Source: a virus
DNA: 64,000 nucleotides
IMG/VR virus record: IMGVR_UViG_3300032047_002388
Span: 32,001-96,000 of that record
Reading direction: 5' to 3' (one strand)
Of the stretch, positions 26,461 through 35,526 are shown piece by piece. Position 1 is the stretch's first letter; every line of letters starts with the position of its first letter. The notes beneath the pieces are model-generated. The model worked only from the letters and a program-made list of their open reading frames with translations. It searched no databases and was not told the origin of the DNA. A program made the translations under genes and the position numbers.

Positions 26461-26610
26461 ATGAAAGAAAAAAAAGTTAGACAGTACAGAAGTAGACAAG
26501 GTAGGAGTGATAAACAATATGAATCTAATCTGAAAGCCATGACATATGGTTGTATAGGTCTCTTGGCCATACTAACTAGTATAATCATTTATGGAGTAGT
26601 AACAACATGA
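26461..26610 (+). CDS. 49-aa protein with C-terminal TM helix
   Basis: MKEKKVRQYRSRQGRSDKQYESN...GLLAILTSIIIYGVV; ATGA overlap with thyA. Confidence 0.55.
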   Translation: MKEKKVRQYRSRQGRSDKQYESNLKAMTYGCIGLLAILTSIIIYGVVTT

Positions 26611-27515
26611 ATACATTAGATAAACAATATCAAGGGATTCTCAGAAAACTAATAATGTATGGTCAAGAGAAACCCGATAGGACTGGAACTGGTACTCTAT
26701 CCTATTTCGGAGAACAAATAAGACATGATATGAGTAAAGGGTTTCCACTTCTTACAACAAAGAAAATGGCAGTCAAAACAATGATGACTGAATTGAAGTG
26801 GTTCTTGAAAGGAGATACTAATATCAAATATTTGGTTGATAATGGATGTAATATCTGGAATGGTGATGCTTATAAACGATATGCAGATATTGAATGCAAT
26901 CCACCTCATGACCATTCGTTATCACAAAAAGAGTTTGTTGATAAAATTAAAACCGATGATGAGTTTGCAAAAGTATGGGGAGAACTAGGTCCTATCTATG
27001 GTAAACAATGGAGAAATTGGTTTGGTTATGATGAAAATATTAACCATATTAGAGTTGACCAAATAGAACAACTGATTAAAAATATAAAAGAAAATCCAAA
27101 TAGTAGAAGATTAATGGTAAGTGCATGGAACGTTGGGGAATTAGATAAGATGGTATTACCTCCTTGTCATTATGGATTCCAATGTTATGTAAACGATGGT
27201 AAACTTTCACTTATGTGGAATCAAAGAAGTGTTGATACTTTCTTAGGATTACCATTTAACATTGCATCTTATGGAATGTTATTACTTTTACTATGTGAAG
27301 AGACTGGATTAAAACCAGGCGAACTAATCGGTTCATTAGGTGATGTACATTTATATAAAAATCACTTAGAACAAGCACACGAACAAATTAAAAGAGATTC
27401 TTTTAAATTACCAACTATTGATTTAAGTAATGTAAATATATTAGAAGGTGAATTTGATTATTCTATTATTGATTACGAATCACATCCAACAATTAAAGCA
27501 CCACTATCGAATTGA
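26607..27515 (+). CDS. thyA: thymidylate synthase
   Basis: DRTGTGT, FPLLTTK, LGPIYG.QWR, LPPCH, QRSVD.FLGLPFN. Confidence 0.97.
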   Translation: MNTLDKQYQGILRKLIMYGQEKPDRTGTGTLSYFGEQIRHDMSKGFPLLTTKKMAVKTMMTELKWFLKGDTNIKYLVDNGCNIWNGDAYKRYADIECNPPHDHSLSQKEFVDKIKTDDEFAKVWGELGPIYGKQWRNWFGYDENINHIRVDQIEQLIKNIKENPNSRRLMVSAWNVGELDKMVLPPCHYGFQCYVNDGKLSLMWNQRSVDTFLGLPFNIASYGMLLLLLCEETGLKPGELIGSLGDVHLYKNHLEQAHEQIKRDSFKLPTIDLSNVNILEGEFDYSIIDYESHPTIKAPLSN

Positions 27516-29638
27516 TACAACCAAGTAGAAAAGAAGAAAAGAACGATAAACACAGATATCATACTCACTTATATGTAGGGGGAACTTCTGTCACTAAAGG
27601 TGGTGGATTTGAAAACAACCGAACAGATATAAGACCACTATATAAAGAAAAGTATAATATCGATTTACCTGATATAGAATTTTGTAGTTACGCATCTGTA
27701 CTTGCATCTAATCTTGGTGTTAGTGGACTTACAAATGATGCAAAATGTGGTAGTGGTACAAAAAGAATAATAAGAAAGGCAACTGAGTTTATAGTAAATA
27801 CTGAATACGATAATCGAGTAGACCTTGATAAACATTATACATATCATTTTGAGTTTCAACCTGGTATAAGAGATGATGTTTGGTTTTCTAAAGAAAATGA
27901 ATATGGTATTTGTAACGCAAGTTGGAATGATAGAGATAAACGTTATCAGTTTTCACTTGTTAAAGAATGGTTTACTGAAGAAGAAACAAACCAACGATAT
28001 GATGAAACATATGGTGAGGACTATCAAAAGTATATTGATAATCATTTTGATGAAGTAGAGTATCACAAAAATGAATCAAGGATGATAATGAACTTTATTG
28101 GGTGGTTGGATTCATTACCATTAAGAAAGTATTATACATTTTCAATTGGACACTTTGACAATTGTTACTACATAACTGAAGAAGGTGAAAGAAAAGATAT
28201 GAGAGAACATCCTAGATGTATAAACAGATATTTGGATGGTAAGGATTTGTGGAACTATGCACACGATATGAAATGGTTAATATCAGATGAAGTAGATAAC
28301 GATGATAATCATATAGGATATTTTGGTTCAAGAAAAATAGGAAACAAACTTACTAGTATATTCGCAGAATTAACTAAATTGGGCCCATTGTTTGGTGAAT
28401 ATAAAATTCAACCAAAAACTGAAATACAATTTTGCTCACCATTTGAGGATTATTGTCCTGCAATTGCTGATGTAGTACCTCATTTAAAAAATATAAACTT
28501 TAAACAAGTACCTGCAGATAATTGTAAACTATTATGTATAGAACACGATAACTTACATCAAGGAACTGAATTTTATGAATTTAAACATTACTATGAAGAT
28601 ATACAAAAGATAGTAAAAAATAATGGAGGTAAAATGTTTTTATCTATTAGACAAGAATCATTCCAAGATATTGTAGAAGAATCAATTTATAAAGTTTGTT
28701 GTGATGAATGGGGATGGGATAAGAGTGATATCATAATACTAGATTGTAATATAAACAGAGCAGATTTAAGTTTACTAATGAAAACATATCAAGATGACCC
28801 AATAGTAATTCCAGAATCTCCAGTTCCTTTAAGTGCATATTTTCATGACGCGTGGACATTAAAACAACCTCAACCAAGAAGATTTAACTTTAGTATGTTA
28901 ATAAACAAAGAAACATCTTTTAGAATTGGTGCACTAGATAAATTATTTAAACATGGAATACCTAGTGATTCTTTATTTACGTTGAGGGCAATACCACAAG
29001 ATTTTGAAGATATACAATCGTTATCAAATTATGAATTAGAAAATATCGATAACATAAAATTAATCAGAGGGAAATCAGTAGAAGATTATTATCCATTAAG
29101 TGAATCAGAAAAGTTTGACGAGTATTTAAGAACAAATCAAACCATATACAACTCTGTTATAAAAACATACAAAGATTCCCATTTTAATATTATATTGGAA
29201 ACTTCTATGATGGCACATGAAAGTAAAAAAGATATATTTAATCATGTATCAGAAAAAACATTAATTCCAATATTATGTGGTTGTTTGGTATTTTCAGTAG
29301 TACCTGGTATTAACTATCAGATAATGGAAGATAAATGGGGATTGAATTTTTCTTACTTGAAAGAGTTTGGTATTTCTGATTATAGAACAAATACACTAGA
29401 AGAACAAATGTCCGAGTTATCAAAAATAGGTATATGGGCAAACGAAAATGGTGGAGATTCTTTATTTAGATTACATAAAAAATATCATGATATCATAACT
29501 GATAATTATCGAGTTTTAGAAAATGCACTATTTACTGATAAAACCGAAGAAACTCTTATACAGATTTTAAACCATCATAAAGAGTATTCAACACAAGAGA
29601 GACCAAAACAAAAATTTTACGCCAATGAAGAAGTATAA
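27512..29638 (+). CDS. two-domain protein: SGNH-like N-terminus plus GT-B/GT10-like C-terminus
   Basis: GGTSVTKGGG...DNHIGYFG; C-term FNIILETS...VSEKTLIPI. Confidence 0.55.
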   Translation: MIQPSRKEEKNDKHRYHTHLYVGGTSVTKGGGFENNRTDIRPLYKEKYNIDLPDIEFCSYASVLASNLGVSGLTNDAKCGSGTKRIIRKATEFIVNTEYDNRVDLDKHYTYHFEFQPGIRDDVWFSKENEYGICNASWNDRDKRYQFSLVKEWFTEEETNQRYDETYGEDYQKYIDNHFDEVEYHKNESRMIMNFIGWLDSLPLRKYYTFSIGHFDNCYYITEEGERKDMREHPRCINRYLDGKDLWNYAHDMKWLISDEVDNDDNHIGYFGSRKIGNKLTSIFAELTKLGPLFGEYKIQPKTEIQFCSPFEDYCPAIADVVPHLKNINFKQVPADNCKLLCIEHDNLHQGTEFYEFKHYYEDIQKIVKNNGGKMFLSIRQESFQDIVEESIYKVCCDEWGWDKSDIIILDCNINRADLSLLMKTYQDDPIVIPESPVPLSAYFHDAWTLKQPQPRRFNFSMLINKETSFRIGALDKLFKHGIPSDSLFTLRAIPQDFEDIQSLSNYELENIDNIKLIRGKSVEDYYPLSESEKFDEYLRTNQTIYNSVIKTYKDSHFNIILETSMMAHESKKDIFNHVSEKTLIPILCGCLVFSVVPGINYQIMEDKWGLNFSYLKEFGISDYRTNTLEEQMSELSKIGIWANENGGDSLFRLHKKYHDIITDNYRVLENALFTDKTEETLIQILNHHKEYSTQERPKQKFYANEEV

Positions 29639-30095
29639 AGTAATTTTAATTAGTGGTGGGTTTGACCCAGTCCACAAAGGACATATAGAATGTATCCAAA
29701 ATGCTAAGAAGTTAGCAGATGAAGTTTGGATAGGATTAAACAACGATAGTTGGTTAAGGAGAAAGAAAGGTAAATCTTTTATGAAAGAAGGTGAACGAAA
29801 GTTTATCATGGAATCATTAAGAGATGTGGATTATGTTTATGTAATGAATCCACTCATACATGGAGATGATACAGCAATTGATTTCATTGACCATGCAAAA
29901 CACAAATGGCATTTTGAAAAGAGAGGTGAGTTAGAAGGTAATGTAGCATTTGGTAATGGGGGAGATAGAACAGAAACAACTACACCAGAGAATGATGTAT
30001 GTAATTCATATGGAATAGAATCAGTATGGGGATTGGGAGATAAAGTACAATCTTCATCATGGTTATTAGAAAAATATTTAAATATAGCAGAATGA
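29625..30095 (+). CDS. cytidylyl/adenylyltransferase (TagD/RfaE-II-like)
   Basis: SGGFDPVHKGH, GLNND, ER, FGNGGDR, QSSS. Confidence 0.9.
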   Translation: MKKYKVILISGGFDPVHKGHIECIQNAKKLADEVWIGLNNDSWLRRKKGKSFMKEGERKFIMESLRDVDYVYVMNPLIHGDDTAIDFIDHAKHKWHFEKRGELEGNVAFGNGGDRTETTTPENDVCNSYGIESVWGLGDKVQSSSWLLEKYLNIAE

Positions 30096-30712
30096 CAAAA
30101 ATAGTACAAGATGTAAGTAAGTTAAAAACTCCACTTACAAAATTACCAAAAAACAAACAAGAACAAGATGTGTTATCAGCAGCATTGATGACATCACTAA
30201 CAAAACATAAAGGGTTCGGATTATCAGCAAATCAAATCGGAGTTGATAAACGAATTTGTGTTGTAAATGTAAAAGACCCGTTAGTACTTGTAAACCCTCG
30301 TATAACGAATAGAAGTGAAGATGGTATAGTTTATATCGAATCATGTCTATCGTTACCTAAAACAATGACTAAACCAAGATATACTGTACGTTCGCAAACA
30401 ATTACAGTAGAAACAGATAACTTGGGAACAATTGAGTTTGGACCAGATGAACCAAAGAAGATTGGAACTAAAGACCATAATTATTTTGGAGATGAGGGAT
30501 TATTAGAATGTGTTGTTGCTCAACACGAAATCGACCACCTAGATGGTATTTTGATAACAGATGACGTTAGAAAATACGATAGAACTATACGAAGTGAAAA
30601 GAAGTATGGTAGAAACGACAGAGTAATGGTTAAGTTATCAGATGGTACAACTGAGTTTATGAAATACAAAAAAGCAGAACCATTACTAGCCAAAGGTGCA
30701 GAAATTCTGTAA
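30092..30712 (+). CDS. def: peptide deformylase with C-terminal extension
   Basis: GLSANQIG, ESCLS, QHEIDHLDG; ATG 30092 overlaps upstream stop. Confidence 0.92.
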   Translation: MTKIVQDVSKLKTPLTKLPKNKQEQDVLSAALMTSLTKHKGFGLSANQIGVDKRICVVNVKDPLVLVNPRITNRSEDGIVYIESCLSLPKTMTKPRYTVRSQTITVETDNLGTIEFGPDEPKKIGTKDHNYFGDEGLLECVVAQHEIDHLDGILITDDVRKYDRTIRSEKKYGRNDRVMVKLSDGTTEFMKYKKAEPLLAKGAEIL

Positions 30713-30775
30713 TTGTAGAGAAATCTATATTTAGAGATACGCGTTAGTTATTTGCAAAAATAATTGAAAAAAGCC

Positions 30776-30806
30776 TTGGAGCTTTGTAAAATTATTGTTA
30801 TATTAG
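30776..30806 (+). promoter_or_regulatory. putative early promoter TTG-N20-TATATTAG (copy 5)
   Basis: AAGCCTTGGAGCTTT...TATATTAGCT. Confidence 0.7.
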
Positions 30807-30833
30807 CTAATATAATCAAAAGGAGTAATCCCT

Positions 30834-31433
30834 ATGAGAAAACAAATAATATTTACGTTAGTAGTTTCACTACTATCGTTTGGAATGATAGATTCCGCAG
30901 TAACACAATCTGATAACAATCAACCAACAATTGAACAGTTAGAAGAAGAAAAAAAGATTCAAGAGTTAGAATTAAAAAGACTCGAAGAAGAAAGAATCAA
31001 AAAATATCACGAGGATGAACTTAATAGATTCCTAAATGATATAGGATTCAGAGAAAGTGGTAACAGATATGATATCACAAACAAATGGGGATACATGGGT
31101 AAGTATCAATTTGGAAAATCAACTCTGAAAGGATTAGGATTCAAAGTAAGTAAAAACGAATTCCTAAATAACCCAAAACTACAAGAAGAAGCAATGATGG
31201 CTTTATTACTACACAACAAAGAAAAACTTCAAAAGTATATCGATGTATTTGATGGACAAACTGTTAATGGTATGTACATCTCAGAGAGTGGAATATTGGC
31301 AGCAGCACATCTTGGAGGACAAGGGTCTGTTAAAAGATACTTCAGAAATGGTAAAGTATTCAAAGATGGATTCGGAACAAAAATCACTTCTTACATGGAT
31401 AAGTTTAGTGGTTATGATATAAAATTAAATTAA
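30834..31433 (+). CDS. secreted lysozyme-like / lytic transglycosylase-like protein
   Basis: Signal peptide, coiled coil, RESGNRY, GYMGKYQFG, AAAHLGG. Confidence 0.75.
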   Translation: MRKQIIFTLVVSLLSFGMIDSAVTQSDNNQPTIEQLEEEKKIQELELKRLEEERIKKYHEDELNRFLNDIGFRESGNRYDITNKWGYMGKYQFGKSTLKGLGFKVSKNEFLNNPKLQEEAMMALLLHNKEKLQKYIDVFDGQTVNGMYISESGILAAAHLGGQGSVKRYFRNGKVFKDGFGTKITSYMDKFSGYDIKLN

Positions 31434-31437
31434 AGTT

Positions 31438-31722
31438 ATGTTAGAATTATTTACAACCTATAACATTGTTATAGCAGTTTTGAGTATCCTTATAATTGGT
31501 TTAGTAATCGGTATAAGGAATTTAAATATACAAAACGAACAGTATCAAGATTACATCGAAGAGGAATTAGTAAAAACAGAACAACTCAGAATCAAAGTTG
31601 AAAAGGCCTATGATAGAATGCAAGATGCAGATATTAGGGGTTCATTTGAATCTGATGATGAAGTTGGTTCAGCCTTTTCGGAATTAAAAGAAATAATTGA
31701 AGAATTAAATAAAACCATATAA
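31438..31722 (+). CDS. membrane-anchored coiled-coil protein
   Basis: N-terminal TM; GSFESDDEVG motif. Confidence 0.65.
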   Translation: MLELFTTYNIVIAVLSILIIGLVIGIRNLNIQNEQYQDYIEEELVKTEQLRIKVEKAYDRMQDADIRGSFESDDEVGSAFSELKEIIEELNKTI

Positions 31723-31723
31723 T

Positions 31724-32455
31724 ATGCCAATAAAAAAGAAGAGAAGAAAAAAATCCAAAATGTATTTTGGTACTCCTGCACAAGAAGCAATCATAGAGTA
31801 CAATAAATCTAAAGACCCTAAGGAGAGGAACGAGATTTACAAAACAAGAATTAAGTATCCATTTGAGAAACTTGCAGAGAATGTTTTAAATACATTTAAG
31901 TTTACTTACTTTGATGTACCAAAAAGAGATATACAAACAGAAGTGGTATCTACTATGGTAGAAAAAATTCATATGTTCAAAGAAGGCAAGGGTAAGGCAT
32001 TTTCTTATTTTACTATTATTGCAAAGAATCATTTGATTCTAAAAAACAATGGTAATTATAAAAGGTGGAAACAAAACGCACTGATGTCCGAAATGCCTCC
32101 AACATGGAATCCAGAAAATGATTTCTATCATCAACAAGAAAATTCTGAGATGAAACAATTTAAAAAATTGATGTTAGAATATTGGGATAAAAATTTAACT
32201 AAAGTATTCACTAAGAAAAGAGATATTCAAATTGCAGATGCCGTACTAGAGTTATTTAGAAGAGCAGAACATATTGAAAACTTTAACAAAAAACATCTTT
32301 ACTTATTGATTAGAGAAATGACAGATGTTAAAACACATTACATAACAAAAGTAGTTAACGTAATGAAACAACATCAGAGAAAGATTTTAAATGAATACCT
32401 AGAAGTAGGAGAATTTACAACCGATAGTAGAGATGAGTTTAGTTGGGAAGGGTAA
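31724..32455 (+). CDS. phage RNA polymerase sigma factor-like protein (candidate late sigma)
   Basis: Region-2-like F...KGKAFSYFTIIAKN, reminiscent of T4 gp55-type sigmas. Confidence 0.65.
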   Translation: MPIKKKRRKKSKMYFGTPAQEAIIEYNKSKDPKERNEIYKTRIKYPFEKLAENVLNTFKFTYFDVPKRDIQTEVVSTMVEKIHMFKEGKGKAFSYFTIIAKNHLILKNNGNYKRWKQNALMSEMPPTWNPENDFYHQQENSEMKQFKKLMLEYWDKNLTKVFTKKRDIQIADAVLELFRRAEHIENFNKKHLYLLIREMTDVKTHYITKVVNVMKQHQRKILNEYLEVGEFTTDSRDEFSWEG

Positions 32456-34151
32456 ATATGTAATCGGATTATCATTTGGATATCACGATTCTGCTGCTGC
32501 ATTAATGAAAGATGGACACATCTTATCTGCAGTAGAAGAAGAAAGATTTACTGGTATCAAGCACGATAACTCGTTTCCCTCTAACTCTATTGACTGGATT
32601 TTAGAAAGTAATAATCTAACAATACATGATATAGAAATTGTTTGTTATTATGAGAATCCATCTGAAAAAAAGAATAGAATAAAAGATGTTGCCAAAAGAA
32701 CATTTTTTAAAAATCCAATAGGTAATAGTAAGATATTAATAAATTCACTTTTTTCAAAAGATGATGTTTATAATAGTATCAGAAAATACTTTCATAAAAA
32801 TATAGAAGTAGTATATGGAGACCATCACTTATCTCATAAAGCATATGCTTATTATACTTCTACATTTAAAGATTCTGCAGTACTTACTGTTGACGGTGTT
32901 GGGGAATATGAAACAACTACACTTTCAGTTTTCAATGGTAACCAAAACATTCCAATACAATCGATTGAGTTTCCACATTCTTTAGGATTATTATATTCTA
33001 CAATAACAGCATTCTTAGGATTTAAACCAAACGAGGGTGAATATAAAGTTATGGGATTGGCACCATATGGTACACATTTATTTCATCACAAAAAGTTTCA
33101 AAAATTATTTTACTTAACTGATGATGGTGGGTTTAGATTAAACATGAAATATTTTACATACGAATATTCAGATAAGACAATGTTTAATTCTAAATTATCA
33201 GAGTTATTTGAAATTCCAAATAGATTACCAGAAGAACCAATAAATGATATACACAGAAATATAGCAGCAGCATTGCAAAATACATATGAATTTTTATTCT
33301 TTAGATTATTAGATAAACTACAAGTTGAATCTAAATCTAATAATTTATGTTTAAGTGGTGGTTGTGCATATAATGGAACTGCAAATGGAAAGATTTTAGA
33401 AAGAACAAAATTTAAACAATTATGGATTCCACCAGCTCCTTCTGATGCCGGTTCTGCAATTGGTGCACTTTTAGCGTTTCATTACAATAGAAGTAATAAT
33501 AAACGAGTTTCAAACAAAACACCATTCTTAGGACCAGAACAAACAAATAAAGATTTTATTGAATTATGTAAAAATGATAAAAGAGTTCATTGGGAAGTTA
33601 TACCTGATAATACTTTATTTAAAAAAGTTTCTAAACTAATATCTGAAGGAAATATTATTGGATGGGTTCAAGGTAGGTTAGAGTTTGGTGCAAGAGCGTT
33701 GGGTAATCGTTCTATCTTAGCAGACCCAAGAGACCCACAAATGAAGAAGAGGGTAAACATGGTTGTAAAAAAACGAGAAGGATTTAGACCGTTTGCACCA
33801 ATGGTAACCTTAGAACATAGAACTAAATTTTTTAATCCACCATATCATATACCTTATATGAATCAAATCATACGAGTAAATGATGAACACCAAGATAAAC
33901 TTCCAGCAATAACACATACTGATGGTTCTGCAAGAGTACAAACAGTTACCAATAAATTTAATCCAAGAATACATCGATTGTTACAAGAGTATGGAAAACT
34001 GACTGGATATCCAATACTACTTAATACTTCATTCAATCTAAAAGACCAAACTATGGTTAGAGATGGACAAGAGGCCATTGATACGTTTATGAAATGTGAT
34101 ATGGATTATTTAGTATTAGGGAACGTATTTCTTACAAAAAAAATACAATAA
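32433..34151 (+). CDS. carbamoyltransferase (NodU/CmcH/TobZ family)
   Basis: YHDSAAAL, EEERF..KH, HHLSH, DGVGE, EYKVMGLAPYG, EFGARALGNRS, DGSARVQ, LLNTSFN. Confidence 0.95.
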   Translation: MSLVGKGKYVIGLSFGYHDSAAALMKDGHILSAVEEERFTGIKHDNSFPSNSIDWILESNNLTIHDIEIVCYYENPSEKKNRIKDVAKRTFFKNPIGNSKILINSLFSKDDVYNSIRKYFHKNIEVVYGDHHLSHKAYAYYTSTFKDSAVLTVDGVGEYETTTLSVFNGNQNIPIQSIEFPHSLGLLYSTITAFLGFKPNEGEYKVMGLAPYGTHLFHHKKFQKLFYLTDDGGFRLNMKYFTYEYSDKTMFNSKLSELFEIPNRLPEEPINDIHRNIAAALQNTYEFLFFRLLDKLQVESKSNNLCLSGGCAYNGTANGKILERTKFKQLWIPPAPSDAGSAIGALLAFHYNRSNNKRVSNKTPFLGPEQTNKDFIELCKNDKRVHWEVIPDNTLFKKVSKLISEGNIIGWVQGRLEFGARALGNRSILADPRDPQMKKRVNMVVKKREGFRPFAPMVTLEHRTKFFNPPYHIPYMNQIIRVNDEHQDKLPAITHTDGSARVQTVTNKFNPRIHRLLQEYGKLTGYPILLNTSFNLKDQTMVRDGQEAIDTFMKCDMDYLVLGNVFLTKKIQ

Positions 34152-34185
34152 TTTTACATTTACATAACAATTTCTTAACATTGGT

Positions 34186-34194
34186 ATATTTATA
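34186..34194 (+). promoter_or_regulatory. putative late promoter ATATTTATA
   Basis: Intergenic, upstream of ATG 34209. Confidence 0.5.
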
Positions 34195-34208
34195 CTAAAG
34201 GAGGAATT

Positions 34209-34580
34209 ATGAAAGAACAATTACCAAAAGTAAAGATTGTTCAAATAATAGCAATCCTAGTATTATCTCTGTGTTCACTATCCCTCTTTGGTCAAACCAA
34301 AGTTATTACACAGATAGACAACAATCTTTACGAGTATAGAGCTTACAACGAAGATGGTTCTATACATCAAAAGGGAACATACATCGGAACAGAAGATGGC
34401 AAACTATTAGTCCACTCTTATTGGAGTGATGATGTAGGTACAAAGGCGTTGTATAAGAGAGGAAAGTTGGTTTGGATTAAACCAAAAGGACAACCTCGTT
34501 ATACTTATGAACAGATAGAGTACGAACAAATGAAGGCTGAAATCAAAAGATTGAAGGCGATTGTGGCTCTAAATGACTAA
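34209..34580 (+). CDS. secreted protein with MORN-like repeat
   Basis: Signal peptide ending LFGQ; YNEDGSIHQKGTY. Confidence 0.65.
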   Translation: MKEQLPKVKIVQIIAILVLSLCSLSLFGQTKVITQIDNNLYEYRAYNEDGSIHQKGTYIGTEDGKLLVHSYWSDDVGTKALYKRGKLVWIKPKGQPRYTYEQIEYEQMKAEIKRLKAIVALND

Positions 34581-34604
34581 TCGTAATTCAAAGTGATTAG
34601 ATAG

Positions 34605-34634
34605 AAACCCAACCCCGTAAGGTTGGGTTTTCTT
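34605..34634 (+). terminator. intrinsic terminator
   Basis: AAACCCAACC-CCGTAA-GGTTGGGTTT-TCTT. Confidence 0.85.
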
Positions 34635-34778
34635 ATTGACACCTGATATAGTTCACACAATCGGTGTGAAATTCTAAAACATACTTTTTACTTCATATAT
34701 ACCATAGTTATTACTGACATGTCCGACGTTTTGTAATATGAGAAAGTTATTTTTCTAATTAAAACAAAGGAGAAGCAT

Positions 34779-35009
34779 ATGGAATTTTTGAAAAAAATCG
34801 GCTCTTGGGCTGAAGAACTTACAAAAATTGGTATTAGTATCATAGCCTTAGGAGTTGTACTTGAAGTACTCTTCAAAGGTGCAGACATCCCATTCTGGCC
34901 AGAGGTATCAGTAGTTGATAACATCATGGGCATTTTAGGAGGTTTGAGTGCTGAAGGTCTATTAGGACTTGTTGGTGCTTTCGTACTTTACCACATAATC
35001 AAAAAGTAA
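34779..35009 (+). CDS. 76-aa small membrane protein
   Basis: AAGGAG upstream; two to three hydrophobic helices. Confidence 0.75.
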   Translation: MEFLKKIGSWAEELTKIGISIIALGVVLEVLFKGADIPFWPEVSVVDNIMGILGGLSAEGLLGLVGAFVLYHIIKK

Positions 35010-35042
35010 TAACTATTGATTAACATAACGCGTTTAAGAACT

Positions 35043-35070
35043 AACCTCACTTGAAAAAGTGAGGTTTTTT
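35043..35070 (+). terminator. intrinsic terminator
   Basis: AACCTCACTT-GAAA-AAGTGAGGTT-TTTT. Confidence 0.85.
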
Positions 35071-35078
35071 CGTTTATG

Positions 35079-35087
35079 ATATTTATA
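35079..35087 (+). promoter_or_regulatory. putative late promoter ATATTTATA heading baseplate operon
   Basis: Directly after terminator, before ATG 35110. Confidence 0.6.
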
Positions 35088-35109
35088 TATGAGATAATGT
35101 ATAAAAATT

Positions 35110-35526
35110 ATGAGTACAAACTTTGAATTATTTCCTGGTAAAGATTTAAGTGGATTGTTTAAAGACATCTACGATAACCAGCAAAATAAAAAATCAAGAA
35201 TATCAGAATTGATTGCCGAAATGAAGAAGGTAATTAGACATTCTGGTGATATGGCAGTAATTGGACCAATCATAAAAGATTTAGTTGATACTTCAGTTCG
35301 AAATGATGAATCATTAATCAAAATGGCAGCAATTGCACAAAGAATGATTGGAGCTCAAAACAAAGCAGAAGGAGATAGCGGATTCTTAACAGATAAAGAA
35401 AAAGAACAATTACTATCACAACTAGAAGATACCATTGCAGAAGTTTCCGATGAACACGATACAAAGGTTGATGAACTAACAAACGAAGTTGAAGAATTAA
35501 AACAGAAGGTAAATAAAAATGTTTAA
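35110..35526 (+). CDS. helical hypothetical protein at head of structural operon
   Basis: 138-aa coiled-coil ORF. Confidence 0.65.
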   Translation: MSTNFELFPGKDLSGLFKDIYDNQQNKKSRISELIAEMKKVIRHSGDMAVIGPIIKDLVDTSVRNDESLIKMAAIAQRMIGAQNKAEGDSGFLTDKEKEQLLSQLEDTIAEVSDEHDTKVDELTNEVEELKQKVNKNV

